The notes under the pieces are model-generated. The model did not search any database. It had not been told where the DNA came from and was given only the letters and a program-made list of their open reading frames with translations. Of a stretch of 64,000 nucleotides of DNA, positions 1-9,033 are shown piece after piece. A program made the position numbers and the translations under genes. This stretch comes from an uncultured Holophaga sp. (GTDB taxonomy: Bacteria; Acidobacteriota; Holophagae; Holophagales; Holophagaceae), in NCBI GenBank assembly GCA_963664825.1, contig OY761614.1, forward strand, positions 1,600,001-1,664,000, in the 5' to 3' direction. The first letter of the stretch is position 1. Each line of letters starts with the position of its first letter.

Positions 1-450
1 AAGAGCCCGCAGCTCTCGGGCCAGGGGTGGAAGGTGGGAATCCTCGCCGCGATGGAGGATCACGTGGAAGGGGCGGGAGCCGTTCCAGGCCTCCGCGGTG
101 GCCTTCAGGATTTCGGCCAGGGCCACGCGATCCGCGGGTTCGGCGCGATCCAGGACGTGTTGAGTCTCCAGCAGCAGGAGCGTGCAGGGCCCCACGGGCA
201 GCCAATCCAGATCATTGAGGCACTCGTCGAGGGCGTCCCAATTCTCGCCAAAATAGCTCGGGAACTGGAGGGCCGCCGAGGTCTCATCGAAGAGGGCCTG
301 GAGGGTGCGCATCTTGGTGCCCCGGAGATGCCTCAGGGAGGCGTGGGGCTCCGAGGCCAGGGGGCCGAGCCTTTCCAGGAGGGAAGCGGGGTTCCCTTGG
401 GCGAGATGGAAGAAGGGGGGCGCCGCGACATGAAGGAAATCGAGGGTCAT
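1..450 (-). CDS. Barstar-family RNase inhibitor (3' end runs off the window)
   Basis: Not in the ORF track. Manual translation from the ATG at 450 reads MTLDFLHVAAPPFF...LRGTKMRTLQALFDETSAALQFPSYFGENWDALDECLNDLDWLP..., open to position 1. FPxYFGxNWDALxECL is the barstar signature; the gene lies directly downstream of the RNase. Confidence 0.88.
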   Translation of the reverse strand, partial: MTLDFLHVAAPPFFHLAQGNPASLLERLGPLASEPHASLRHLRGTKMRTLQALFDETSAALQFPSYFGENWDALDECLNDLDWLPVGPCTLLLLETQHVLDRAEPADRVALAEILKATAEAWNGSRPFHVILHRGEDSHLPPLARELRAL

Positions 451-460
451 GTGAGCTCCC

Positions 461-865
461 TCACTCGATTTCCGTAAACCTGGAGTAGTGGTCCGCGGTA
501 TACCAAGCCCGTCCGTCGCTGCCCGTCACCAGGCGCTCCGCGCCACGGTTGCGTCCGGGCACCTTCGGATGGATGTCCCACTCGCGGTACTCGATGGCCT
601 TCCCCTGGGCGTCCAGCAGGGGCAGCTTCTGTTCTCCGTCCTTGCCGTAATTGCCGAAGCGCCTTCCACCTACGAAGCCTGCGGGCGCTTCATTATGGGC
701 CCGCACGTAGGTCAGTATGGCGTGGGCCTCTCTGGGAATCTCCACGGCTGCGGCGCGTACAGGCGTGCAGGCCACCGGCGGCGGGGCCGCCATGGAAGCC
801 GTGCCCACCAGCAGCGCGGCGGCTGTGGCGATGAGGATGCGAAACATGGAGCGGAGGAGGGACAT
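461..865 (-). CDS. Secreted guanyl-specific ribonuclease (RNase Sa/barnase, N1/T1 family)
   Basis: Signal peptide (…LLVGTASMA). Motifs GGRRFGN, YREWDI, RGAERLV and WYTADHY carry the catalytic Glu/Arg/His pattern. Confidence 0.9.
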   Translation of the reverse strand: MSLLRSMFRILIATAAALLVGTASMAAPPPVACTPVRAAAVEIPREAHAILTYVRAHNEAPAGFVGGRRFGNYGKDGEQKLPLLDAQGKAIEYREWDIHPKVPGRNRGAERLVTGSDGRAWYTADHYSRFTEIE

Positions 866-909
866 GGTTTTCTCCGGTGGTGTGGCCTCCAGCTTAGCCC
901 TGACACGAC

Positions 910-933
910 AGAGGGCCTCGCGGGAGGCCCTCT
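910..933 (-). terminator. Hairpin just 3' of tRNA-Gln, probable terminator
   Basis: agagggcctc-gcgg-gaggccctct inverted repeat; U-tract is weak. Confidence 0.55.
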
Positions 934-938
934 TGCGT

Positions 939-1012
939 TGGTTGGGGAACCTGGATTCGAACCAAGAAAGGCGGAATCAGAATCCGCTGGTTTACCGTTA
1001 GCCTATTCCCCA
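939..1012 (-). tRNA. tRNA-Gln(CTG)
   Basis: Reverse complement TGGGGAATAGGCTAACGGTAAACCAGCGGATTCTGATTCCGCCTTTCTTGGTTCGAATCCAGGTTCCCCAACCA: acceptor stem TGGGGAA/TTCCCCA, anticodon arm GCGGA-TT-CTG-AT-TCCGC, T-loop GTTCGAATC, encoded CCA. Confidence 0.95.
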
Positions 1013-1123
1013 AACGGCGAAGTCCAGAATAGCCAATCCGGTACGGAAAACAAGGGGTTCCGATGTTGGAAGGGCGCAGACGGGCCCTGGCAGCGCTATC
1101 CTGACCTCCAACGGGGATTCCAC

Positions 1124-1669
1124 ATGGCCGAGAGTCTGAAATTAGCTTACTTCGTGGCGATGAAGGAGGGCGGTAGCTATCTGGGGGGCCTGCTGCTGAC
1201 CGATACCTCCGGCATTCCCCTCGATTTCCGCTATACCGAGCCCATCACTCCCACCAAGCTCCAGTCGGTGCTCTACGGCAAGGCCCTGGAACCCCACCTG
1301 AAGGAGGAGGTCATCCAGAAGACCCTCTTGAAGGAACTCAAGGGTGCTCCCGATCTCTTCATCCTCCAGGCCAGCGAACTGGCCGGGGGGTGGAATGGCG
1401 ATACGCGCTGCCCGGCCCTGGCGGTACAGAAGACCCAGGAAGCCCCCCTTTCCAGGGTGGGCGAGGTGTTCCGGGCTTCCCAGCGGGAGGTCCTCCTCCA
1501 GATCAGTGAAGGGGCGGCTCCCCTGCGCGTCCTCTTCGCCAATGCGGTGGATCTCCCGGCCCAGGATGCGGCCGCCCTCCAGCTTCTGGAGGCGGGCTAC
1601 CACATGGATGTGGTGGAACCTTTGGAGCGGGTCACGGCCGCCCTCCAGGCCCTGGTACGACCCGACTGA
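1124..1669 (+). CDS. Hypothetical protein (first gene of the FHA-GGDEF/kinase operon)
   Basis: Start re-called at MAESLK because the ORF-track extension overlaps the tRNA. GC3-rich codons and a globular-looking sequence (YLGGLLLTDTSGIPLDFRYTEP). Confidence 0.8.
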   Translation: MAESLKLAYFVAMKEGGSYLGGLLLTDTSGIPLDFRYTEPITPTKLQSVLYGKALEPHLKEEVIQKTLLKELKGAPDLFILQASELAGGWNGDTRCPALAVQKTQEAPLSRVGEVFRASQREVLLQISEGAAPLRVLFANAVDLPAQDAAALQLLEAGYHMDVVEPLERVTAALQALVRPD

Positions 1670-1679
1670 GGAGCGCTGC

Positions 1680-2468
1680 ATGGTCTTCGGGAGATTCACG
1701 GAAGCGGTTTCCGATCTGAAGGAGACCCTCGCCCGCGTCTTCCGGGATCCTCCTTCCCACGGCTTGGCATTGGGACATCTGTTGGCGCGACCCCATGGAG
1801 AGCCCCCCCTACTGGCCATTGCCCAGGAACCGCCCTATCACCTGGGCGCCAGTGCCCTGGGGGTCCGCCTGGGGGTGGAGGCCGCCCTCATCGAGGCGCC
1901 CATGCGCTTCCAGGGTCGACTCCAGACCGAGGAAGGCTGGGCCCGTTGGGCCTCCGGGGCCAAGGTCTTCGAGATGCCCGTCTTCGCCCAGGGCGCTCAG
2001 CGCCGGGTGGAGGTGCCGCCCCTTCCGCGCCGACCCCTGTGTCACGCCATCCAAAGGGAAACCTTCCGGACTCTGAGTCGTAGCTTTCGCGATGCCTTCC
2101 TCCCGCCCCCTGTGCGAGGCATTCGGCCCGAGGTGGCCCTTCCCGTGGTGCAGGGGGGGCTGGACTTGGCCCTGGGCCTGCCCATCGCCATCCAGGGCCA
2201 GGATGTGCAGACTCTCCCCAGGGCCCAGTGGATGCGCTACAGCCTGCAACTGGTGAAGGCCACCGGCGACAACATCCGCAATCTGGAATTGCTTGGGCTC
2301 TACCGGATCCCCTCGCGAGGAGTGGTGGGCATGAGCCATGATGCCAAGACGGGCCGCCTTCTCCTGGCACTGAACCGGGAGGCCGTGGGAGCCTCCCGTC
2401 AGCCTTTCCTCTTGGCCCGCCGCCGGGATGACCGAACTCTCGTAAGCTGTCTATTGGAGGAAGGCTGA
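1680..2468 (+). CDS. Hypothetical protein
   Basis: ATG at 1680 follows GAGGAG; its stop overlaps the next start (TGATG). Confidence 0.7.
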   Translation: MVFGRFTEAVSDLKETLARVFRDPPSHGLALGHLLARPHGEPPLLAIAQEPPYHLGASALGVRLGVEAALIEAPMRFQGRLQTEEGWARWASGAKVFEMPVFAQGAQRRVEVPPLPRRPLCHAIQRETFRTLSRSFRDAFLPPPVRGIRPEVALPVVQGGLDLALGLPIAIQGQDVQTLPRAQWMRYSLQLVKATGDNIRNLELLGLYRIPSRGVVGMSHDAKTGRLLLALNREAVGASRQPFLLARRRDDRTLVSCLLEEG

Positions 2469-3439
2469 TGGACTCCATGGCGAATTCTTGGCCCGAGGAT
2501 CCGGATGCGCCGGAACCCACGCTCCCGGCCAGCGCGTGGGCGGATTTCGAGACGACGCTCCGCAAGCGCAAGGAAAATGAACTGCCCCCGGAACCCTGCG
2601 GATGGGCCCTGGTGGTCTATGCCGGGACCCAGCTGGGGCGGGTATTTCCCGTGGTTCCCGGAGAGAACGTGATTGGGCGGTCGCCCACGGCAGGCATCAC
2701 CCTCCTCGATGAGGAGATCAGCCGGGTCCATAGTGCGCTCTGGCTGGAAATAGGCGTGGATGGGGACCGGATCACCCTCGAGGATCGGGGTTCCACCAAT
2801 GGCACCTTCGTGAACGGCCAGTCCATAGAAGGGCGGCGCCAGGTGTTCGCCGGGGACCGTTTCGCCATCGGCGGTCATGTCCTGAAGCTCGTGGCCATGG
2901 ACCCTTTGGAACGTTCCTTCCACGAGACCCTGCAGGACCAGAGCACCAGGGATCCTCTGACGGGTCTGGCGAATCGCGGCACGATCCTGGAAGAGCTGCA
3001 GAGCCGCTTCGATCTCAGCCGCCGTCATGGCCGTCCCCTCTCCGTGGTGATGTGCGACCTGGATTACTTCAAGCGGATCAACGACACCCACGGGCACGGC
3101 GCCGGAGATCTGGTGCTGAGCAGCTTCGGAGAGCTGGTGCGCCAGAACCTGCGGGGTTCGGATCTGGCCGGTCGGATCGGCGGGGAAGAGTTCCTCCTCG
3201 TCCTGCCTGAGACCGATCTGGAAGGCGCCATGTTCCTGGCAGAGCGGCTCCGTGGGGCCCTGGGGGGGACTCCTCAGGTCCTGGCGGATGCCGTCCTGAA
3301 TGTGACCTGCAGCCTGGGGGTTGCCCAAGGGGGCACCATGGACCGGGATGGCGGGATGTTGCTGGCCCGCGCCGATGGCGCGCTCTACCAGGCCAAGCAC
3401 CAGGGCCGGGACCGGGTGGTTTCCGCCTCGAAGGATTGA
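2468..3439 (+). CDS. FHA-domain diguanylate cyclase (FHA-GGDEF) 1
   Basis: FHA motifs IGRS, ISRVH, STNGTFVNG; GGDEF motifs DPLTGLANR, DLDYFKRINDTHGH, RGSD I-site, GGEEF. Confidence 0.93.
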   Translation: MDSMANSWPEDPDAPEPTLPASAWADFETTLRKRKENELPPEPCGWALVVYAGTQLGRVFPVVPGENVIGRSPTAGITLLDEEISRVHSALWLEIGVDGDRITLEDRGSTNGTFVNGQSIEGRRQVFAGDRFAIGGHVLKLVAMDPLERSFHETLQDQSTRDPLTGLANRGTILEELQSRFDLSRRHGRPLSVVMCDLDYFKRINDTHGHGAGDLVLSSFGELVRQNLRGSDLAGRIGGEEFLLVLPETDLEGAMFLAERLRGALGGTPQVLADAVLNVTCSLGVAQGGTMDRDGGMLLARADGALYQAKHQGRDRVVSASKD

Positions 3440-4392
3440 CCGTGGATCCTCTATTGCCGGACCCTCCCACCGAAACGAATCAGGCCACCCTCTATACCTA
3501 CCTGCCGGGCCCTCCCACCGAGGCCGGCCAGGAGGAATGGGCCCTCATCCGTTACGTGGGGGAGCCCATCGGCGAGGTGATCCTGCTTCAACGCGAGCAG
3601 ACCCGGTTGGGGCGGGCCTCGGATAGCGATCTCTTCCTGGCGGAGAGCGAAGTGAGCCGCCACCACGCCATTCTCGAGCGGGTCCAGGACGAGAGTGGCC
3701 AACCCATGGTGCGCATCGTGGATCTGGGATCCACCAACGGCACCTTCGTCAATGGCCACAGGATCGAGAGGCCCCATTCCCCCCAATGCCTTCATCCGGG
3801 CGATGTCCTGCGGGTGGGGAACCACGCCTTCAAGCTCAAGCATCTGGACGCCGTGGAGCGCCACTATCACGAATCGATACGGGTCCAGACCACGGTGGAT
3901 CCCCTCAGCGGCGTCAGCAACCGAGCCTCCGTGCTCAGTTTCCTGGAGAAGCAATCGGATCTGGCCTTCCGCCATCACCGTCCCCTTTCGCTGATCATCT
4001 GCGATCTGGACCAGTTCAAGCAGGTCAACGACCAGTGGGGGCATGCGGCGGGGGACGCGGTCCTGCGCTTCTTCGGCGCCTTCCTGCTGGGCCGCCTGCG
4101 CACGAGCGATCAGGTGGGCCGCATCGGCGGGGAAGAATTTATCCTCGTCCTGCCTGAGACCCCGGGGCGGGAGGCCGCGCGATTGGCCGAAGCCCTGCGG
4201 GAATCCCTGGATGGCGCGGTCATTCCCATCGAGACTTCCCCGGAGCCCATCGGGGTGACCTGCTGTTTCGGCGTGGCCCAATTGGCGGAGCGGGACGCCA
4301 ACGGCGGTTCCCTGCTGGCCAGGGCGGATGTGGCCCTCTACCGGGCCAAGGCCGCCGGGCGGAACCGGGTCGAATTCGACGAGCTGCCATGA
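3436..4392 (+). CDS. FHA-domain diguanylate cyclase (FHA-GGDEF) 2
   Basis: FHA motifs LGRA, VSRHH, STNGTFVNG; DLDQFKQVNDQWGH, RTSD I-site, GGEEF; TTG start overlaps the upstream stop. Confidence 0.92.
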   Translation: MTVDPLLPDPPTETNQATLYTYLPGPPTEAGQEEWALIRYVGEPIGEVILLQREQTRLGRASDSDLFLAESEVSRHHAILERVQDESGQPMVRIVDLGSTNGTFVNGHRIERPHSPQCLHPGDVLRVGNHAFKLKHLDAVERHYHESIRVQTTVDPLSGVSNRASVLSFLEKQSDLAFRHHRPLSLIICDLDQFKQVNDQWGHAAGDAVLRFFGAFLLGRLRTSDQVGRIGGEEFILVLPETPGREAARLAEALRESLDGAVIPIETSPEPIGVTCCFGVAQLAERDANGGSLLARADVALYRAKAAGRNRVEFDELP

Positions 4393-5822
4393 CCCTTCAG
4401 ATTCCCCGGCAGATCGGCTCCGTGCGCATCCTGGAGCGGCTCGGCGAAGGCGGCATGGCCTTCGTGCACCGAGCCGAGGATGCGTTTCGTCCCGAGCGCC
4501 AGCTGGCGATCAAGTTCCTGCGCCCGGAGACGCTCTCCGATGCCGAAACCGTGCGCCGCTTCCTGCGGGAAGGCGAAGTCCTCAAGCGGCTCCATCACCC
4601 CCACCTCGTGGAAGTGATGGATTTTGGCCGGGCCGGGGCGACGCCCTACCTGCTCATGGAACTGCTGCCAGGAGGCAGCATCAAGGGCTGCCGAGGGGAG
4701 GCTCCCGCCGGGGTCCTGCGCCGCCTGGTGCCCGTGGCCGATGCCCTGGCCTTCGCCCATGGATCCGGAGTCATCCATCGGGACCTCAAGCCTAGCAACC
4801 TGCTCTTTGCCGCCGATGGTCGACTCAAGGTGACGGATTTCGGCGTCTGTCTCTGGGAGGGCAGCGAGGGCACCCGGGTCACCCGTTCCCAGATGGTGGT
4901 GGGCACCGTGGGCTACATGGCGCCCGAACAGCACGGGGATCCCCGCAGGGTGGATGGCCGCTGCGATGTCTATGCCCTCGGCGCCATCCTCTACGAGTTC
5001 ACCACGGGCCAGCCCTACAGCCAGGTGCAGATGCCCCCGGCGGCCGTGCGCCCAGGCTTTCCACCGGGCCTGGCGGGCATCCTCATGCAGACCCTGACGG
5101 CCGATCCTGGGCGGCGCACTCCCTCCATGGAGGTGCTGCGGGATCAGCTCCAGGCCTGGCTCGAGAAGGCCGAGGCCGCGGGTTGGGGGGAGGAGCCCCT
5201 GCCGGGCTTCCGCCTGGAGGATCGAGAGGCGCCGACCCTCAGCCGGGCCCGCTCTCGGGAATCGGAAGAAGGCCCCGCTCAGCGCCTGGACCCCTACCTG
5301 GACGCGCTCCAGTCCGGGGGCGTGGGCAGCCGCCGGGCCGCGGCCGAGGGCCTGCGGAATTCCGTGCGGCTGGGCGACGAAGCCTATCTGCTGGAGGCGC
5401 TGGCCCACTGTCCGGAGGGCGCGCGCTTCGCCCTGGTGGCGGCCCTGGGGGAGGTGGGCAGCGGGGATTCCATGGCTGTCCTGCTGGGGATGCTGGGAGA
5501 CCCCTTCGCCCGGGTGGAGGCCGCCGAAGCCGCAAGTATGGTGGCCCTGCGCTCCGATCGCGGCGCCGAGGTGTTGGCGGCCCTGAGGGAACCCGGCCTG
5601 GGCGCTCCCTGGCGCTGGGCGGCCCGCGCCCGCCTGGGGGATGAAGGTTGGAGCGAGGCCTTCCGCACCGAGTGGTCAGTCCTCCCGGCTTCCTTGCGAG
5701 TTCAGGCCTTGGCGGCGGCCCAGCATCTGCCGGAGGCCCTGAGGGCTCACGTCAAGACGGCCACCAGCGCCGAGGTCCAGCGGGCCGGTGGCCATCTCAA
5801 ACAGGCCTGGGAATCCCTCTGA
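4389..5822 (+). CDS. Hanks-type Ser/Thr protein kinase with C-terminal HEAT/ARM-like helical region
   Basis: LGEGGM, AIK, HRDLKPSN, DFG, GTVGYMAPE, DVYALG motifs; Ala/Leu-rich helical C-terminus; no clear transmembrane helix. Confidence 0.93.
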   Translation: MTLQIPRQIGSVRILERLGEGGMAFVHRAEDAFRPERQLAIKFLRPETLSDAETVRRFLREGEVLKRLHHPHLVEVMDFGRAGATPYLLMELLPGGSIKGCRGEAPAGVLRRLVPVADALAFAHGSGVIHRDLKPSNLLFAADGRLKVTDFGVCLWEGSEGTRVTRSQMVVGTVGYMAPEQHGDPRRVDGRCDVYALGAILYEFTTGQPYSQVQMPPAAVRPGFPPGLAGILMQTLTADPGRRTPSMEVLRDQLQAWLEKAEAAGWGEEPLPGFRLEDREAPTLSRARSRESEEGPAQRLDPYLDALQSGGVGSRRAAAEGLRNSVRLGDEAYLLEALAHCPEGARFALVAALGEVGSGDSMAVLLGMLGDPFARVEAAEAASMVALRSDRGAEVLAALREPGLGAPWRWAARARLGDEGWSEAFRTEWSVLPASLRVQALAAAQHLPEALRAHVKTATSAEVQRAGGHLKQAWESL

Positions 5823-6770
5823 TTACTCCAGGATTTCGCTGAGGCTTCGGCCGCCATGGATGCGCAGGATGGCGTCTCCGAAGAGCCTCGCAGTGGAGAG
5901 CACCTTCAGCTGAGGGATGGCCAGCAGCTTCTCCTGGGGGACGGGGATCGTATCGGTGACGACCAGTTCGTCCAGATCGGCGTTGGAGAGCACCTCCGAG
6001 GCGTTGCCGGAGAGGATGGGATGGGTGATGCCCACGCGCACCCTGGCGGCGCCGAATTCCCGCAGGATCCGGGCGGCCTCCTTGATGGATCCGCCGGTGG
6101 CGATCTCGTCGTCGAAGATGATGCAGTCCTTCCCGCGCACATCGCCGATGAGGGCCACGCTCTGGGCCTGCTCATTATCGTTGTAGCGGCGCTTGTCGAT
6201 GATGGCCATGGGGAGGCCCAGGCGCTTGGCCATGTGGCCGGCGAACTTGGCGCCACCGGCGTCCGTGGCCACCACCATGGAATTGGAGGTGTCCGAGTTC
6301 TTGAAATAGCTCACCAGGATGGGCGTGGCCAGGAGCTGGTCGGCCGGGATGCGGAAGAATCCGAGGATCTGCGGCGCGTGTAGCGTCATGGTGAGCACCC
6401 GATCGGCCCCGGCTGCCTGGAGGAGATCGGCCACCAGGCGCGCGGTGATGGAGATGCGGCTCTCGTCCTTCTTGTCGCTGCGGACGTAGGGATAGTAGGG
6501 CAGCACTGCCGTGATGCGCCCAGCCGACGCGAACTTCAGCGCGTCGATCATGATCAGCATCTCCAGCAGGTTGTCGCTCACCGGTGGGCAACTGGTCTGG
6601 ATAACGAAAACGTCCGCTTCGCGGACGTTTTCATCGATTTTCACCTTGATGTTCTCGTTGGTGAAGCGAGAAATCCGGGACTTCCCCAAGGGCATCCCGA
6701 TGTGGGCGGCGATGCCCGACGCCAGTTCTGGGTGGCTAGACCCCGCAAAGACCTTCATCTCACCGAACAT
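5823..6770 (-). CDS. prs: Ribose-phosphate pyrophosphokinase
   Basis: VLPYYPYVRSDKK, TDAGG, IFDDEIATGGS PRPP loop; start re-called at MFGEMK. Confidence 0.95.
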   Translation of the reverse strand: MFGEMKVFAGSSHPELASGIAAHIGMPLGKSRISRFTNENIKVKIDENVREADVFVIQTSCPPVSDNLLEMLIMIDALKFASAGRITAVLPYYPYVRSDKKDESRISITARLVADLLQAAGADRVLTMTLHAPQILGFFRIPADQLLATPILVSYFKNSDTSNSMVVATDAGGAKFAGHMAKRLGLPMAIIDKRRYNDNEQAQSVALIGDVRGKDCIIFDDEIATGGSIKEAARILREFGAARVRVGITHPILSGNASEVLSNADLDELVVTDTIPVPQEKLLAIPQLKVLSTARLFGDAILRIHGGRSLSEILE

Positions 6771-6832
6771 ACCTACCCCCAAGACAAGTTTACCTGCCCT
6801 CGAAGGGGATTGCAGCGGATGTGGTCACAGTC

Positions 6833-8143
6833 CTAGACGCTGCCGCCGCTCACGCGCTGGATCCGGGCGCCCAGGGCCTGGAGCTTGCGCTCGAGTCCCG
6901 CGTAGCCGCGGTCCAGGTGATAGATCCGGTCCACGGTGGTCTGGCCCTCGGCCACGAGGCCCGCGATCACCAGGGTGGCGCTGGCCCGGAGATCGGTGGC
7001 CATGACCGTGCAGCCCTTGAGGGCGCTGGGTCCGGCCACGATGGCCGTGGGGCCGTCGATGCGGAGATTGGCCCCCAGGCGCTCCAGTTCCATGGCGTGC
7101 TGGAAGCGATTCTCGAAGATGGTCTCCTTGATCACGCTGATGCCTGAGGCCTGGGTGAGGACGGCCATGAGCTGGGCCTGGAGATCGGTGGGGAAGCCCG
7201 GGTAGGGCGAGGTGGCCATGTCCCTGGGCCTCAGCTTCTGGCCGGGCTCGCGCTGGATGCGGAGCTGCATGCCGTCCTGGCCCTGGCGTTCGGTGAAGGC
7301 GCATCCGCAGCGTTCCAGTAGATCGATGAGGCTGCGGAGATGTTCCGGGATCACCCGGTCCAGCACCACGTCTCCCCCCGCCGCAGCCACCGCGCACAGG
7401 AAGGTGCCGGCCTCGATGCGGTCGGCCACCACATCGTGCTGGCAGCCCCCCAGGCTCTCCACGCCCTGGACCGTCAAGACAGGCGTCCCGATGCCTTCGA
7501 TGCGAGCGCCCATCTGCACCAGTTCCTGGGCCAGGTCCGTGATCTCGGGCTCCTGGGCCGCGTTGCGGAGGATGGTGGTGCCCTGGGCCAGGCAAGCGGC
7601 CATGAGGATATTCTCCGTGGCGCCCACGCTCACCTTCTTGAAGGTGTGGTCCATGCCCTTGAGCTTTCCGCTTGGGACACGGGCCTCCACGTAGCCCTTG
7701 TCGATGATGATCTCGGCGCCCATGTGCTCCAGGGCCTCCAGGTGGAGGTTCACGGGCCGGGCGCCGATGGCGCATCCCCCCGGCAGGCTCACGGAGGCCC
7801 TGCCGAAGCGGGCCAACATGGGGCCCAGCACCAGGATGCTGGCCCTCATGGTCTTCACCAGCTCGTAGGGCGCGCGCAGGCCTCCCTGTTCCAGCCCCGC
7901 GGCGCAGAGGGTGGCCTCGATCTCGAAGCCCTCGGCGTCCTTTTGGATCTCTGCGGTGCAGCCCAGGGCCTGGAGCACCTTCACCATGGTGCGGATATCG
8001 GAGACCGCGGGCAGATGGCGCAGGGTCACGGGCTCGTCGCTGAGCAGCACCGCCGCCAAGCAGGGCAGGGCCGCGTTCTTCGCTCCCGAAACTGTCACAT
8101 GCCCCGCCAGGGGCACACCGCCTTCAATGACCAGCCGATCCAT
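6833..8143 (-). CDS. murA: UDP-N-acetylglucosamine 1-carboxyvinyltransferase
   Basis: SGAKNAALP, LPGGCAIGARP, PYPGFPTD, FENRF, ATDLRA. Confidence 0.97.
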   Translation of the reverse strand: MDRLVIEGGVPLAGHVTVSGAKNAALPCLAAVLLSDEPVTLRHLPAVSDIRTMVKVLQALGCTAEIQKDAEGFEIEATLCAAGLEQGGLRAPYELVKTMRASILVLGPMLARFGRASVSLPGGCAIGARPVNLHLEALEHMGAEIIIDKGYVEARVPSGKLKGMDHTFKKVSVGATENILMAACLAQGTTILRNAAQEPEITDLAQELVQMGARIEGIGTPVLTVQGVESLGGCQHDVVADRIEAGTFLCAVAAAGGDVVLDRVIPEHLRSLIDLLERCGCAFTERQGQDGMQLRIQREPGQKLRPRDMATSPYPGFPTDLQAQLMAVLTQASGISVIKETIFENRFQHAMELERLGANLRIDGPTAIVAGPSALKGCTVMATDLRASATLVIAGLVAEGQTTVDRIYHLDRGYAGLERKLQALGARIQRVSGGSV

Positions 8144-8168
8144 TGCCGCTCCACATGCAGAACCCAGC

Positions 8169-8624
8169 TTAGCGGAGAACGGCCTCCTCCATGCCGAGAA
8201 CCCGGCCCCGGAAGGCGCTCCGCGCCAGGGGCCCCCAGGCCCGGGAATCCCGGCTCTGGGGACGGTTGTCCCCCAGGAGCAGGTAGCCCTGGCCCGCTTC
8301 CCAGGGGCCGCCGTCCTGCCCTTCGAGATGCTGGACATAGGGTTCTGCGAGAAGGCTGCCCTGGCCGAAGAGATCCCCTCCCCTCATCTCCAGGTGCTCT
8401 CCGGGCAGGGCCATTACGCGCTTGAGGCAGGGGCCCTCGGGTCCTTCCACCATCCACACCTGCCCCCGGCGAGGCGCGCCCGCCGCCCAGCTTCTCAGGA
8501 CCCAGCACACCCCGCCATCCCTCAGGGTGGGTTCCATGCTCCGGCCCTGGACGCGCAAGGGGTGAACCACGGTCAACGGGGAAAGCGCCAAACCCAGGGC
8601 GAGGAGGGGGATCCAGGGCTTCAT
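8169..8624 (-). CDS. Signal peptidase I family (S26), short form
   Basis: GRSMEPTL (Ser), LKRV (Lys), LGDNR…SRDSR. Confidence 0.88.
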   Translation of the reverse strand: MKPWIPLLALGLALSPLTVVHPLRVQGRSMEPTLRDGGVCWVLRSWAAGAPRRGQVWMVEGPEGPCLKRVMALPGEHLEMRGGDLFGQGSLLAEPYVQHLEGQDGGPWEAGQGYLLLGDNRPQSRDSRAWGPLARSAFRGRVLGMEEAVLR

Positions 8625-8983
8625 GCGCGCAGGGCCAGCCGCCGTCCCGTGCCATCGGTCAAGGCCACCGAGACCAGGCGCGCCGGTGGCGGGACCTGGG
8701 GTACGAGCTTCTCCAGGAGGAGCCGAGCCAGATCCAGGGGGCAGGCCAGGCCCTGATCCGAGAGCAAATGCCCCTCCAGGGGCTCCAGCAGAGCGTCCAG
8801 GGCCTTTTCCAGGGCCCGGAAATCCATCACCACGTCGAAACCATCCAGGCCCTGGCGTTCCGTGAGCACCTCCACGCGGTAGTCGTGGCCCTCCCAATGG
8901 CCCTCGTATCCCCGGAAGACCACGGAGAGGGGGCGCTCCACGGCGGCCTGGAAATACAGGGAAGGCGGGACGGAATCGGCCAT
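8621..8983 (-). CDS. QueD/PTPS-like T-fold protein with degenerate active site
   Basis: GHDYRVEV and VVMDFRALEKAL resemble QueD; the canonical Cys and HGH motif are absent. Confidence 0.65.
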   Translation of the reverse strand: MADSVPPSLYFQAAVERPLSVVFRGYEGHWEGHDYRVEVLTERQGLDGFDVVMDFRALEKALDALLEPLEGHLLSDQGLACPLDLARLLLEKLVPQVPPPARLVSVALTDGTGRRLALRA

Positions 8984-9033
8984 GCCTAGATTCTGACAGA
9001 GCCAGAGCCTGAAGGCCCGCTCCCCATGCCTTT

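Noticed and set aside
34..477. Plus-strand 147-aa ORF
   Set aside because: Antisense shadow of the barstar-like gene, which carries the recognisable family motif.
488..1123. N-terminal extension of ORF 488..1669
   Set aside because: It overlaps the RNase gene and tRNA-Gln on the opposite strand; the real start is most likely 1124.
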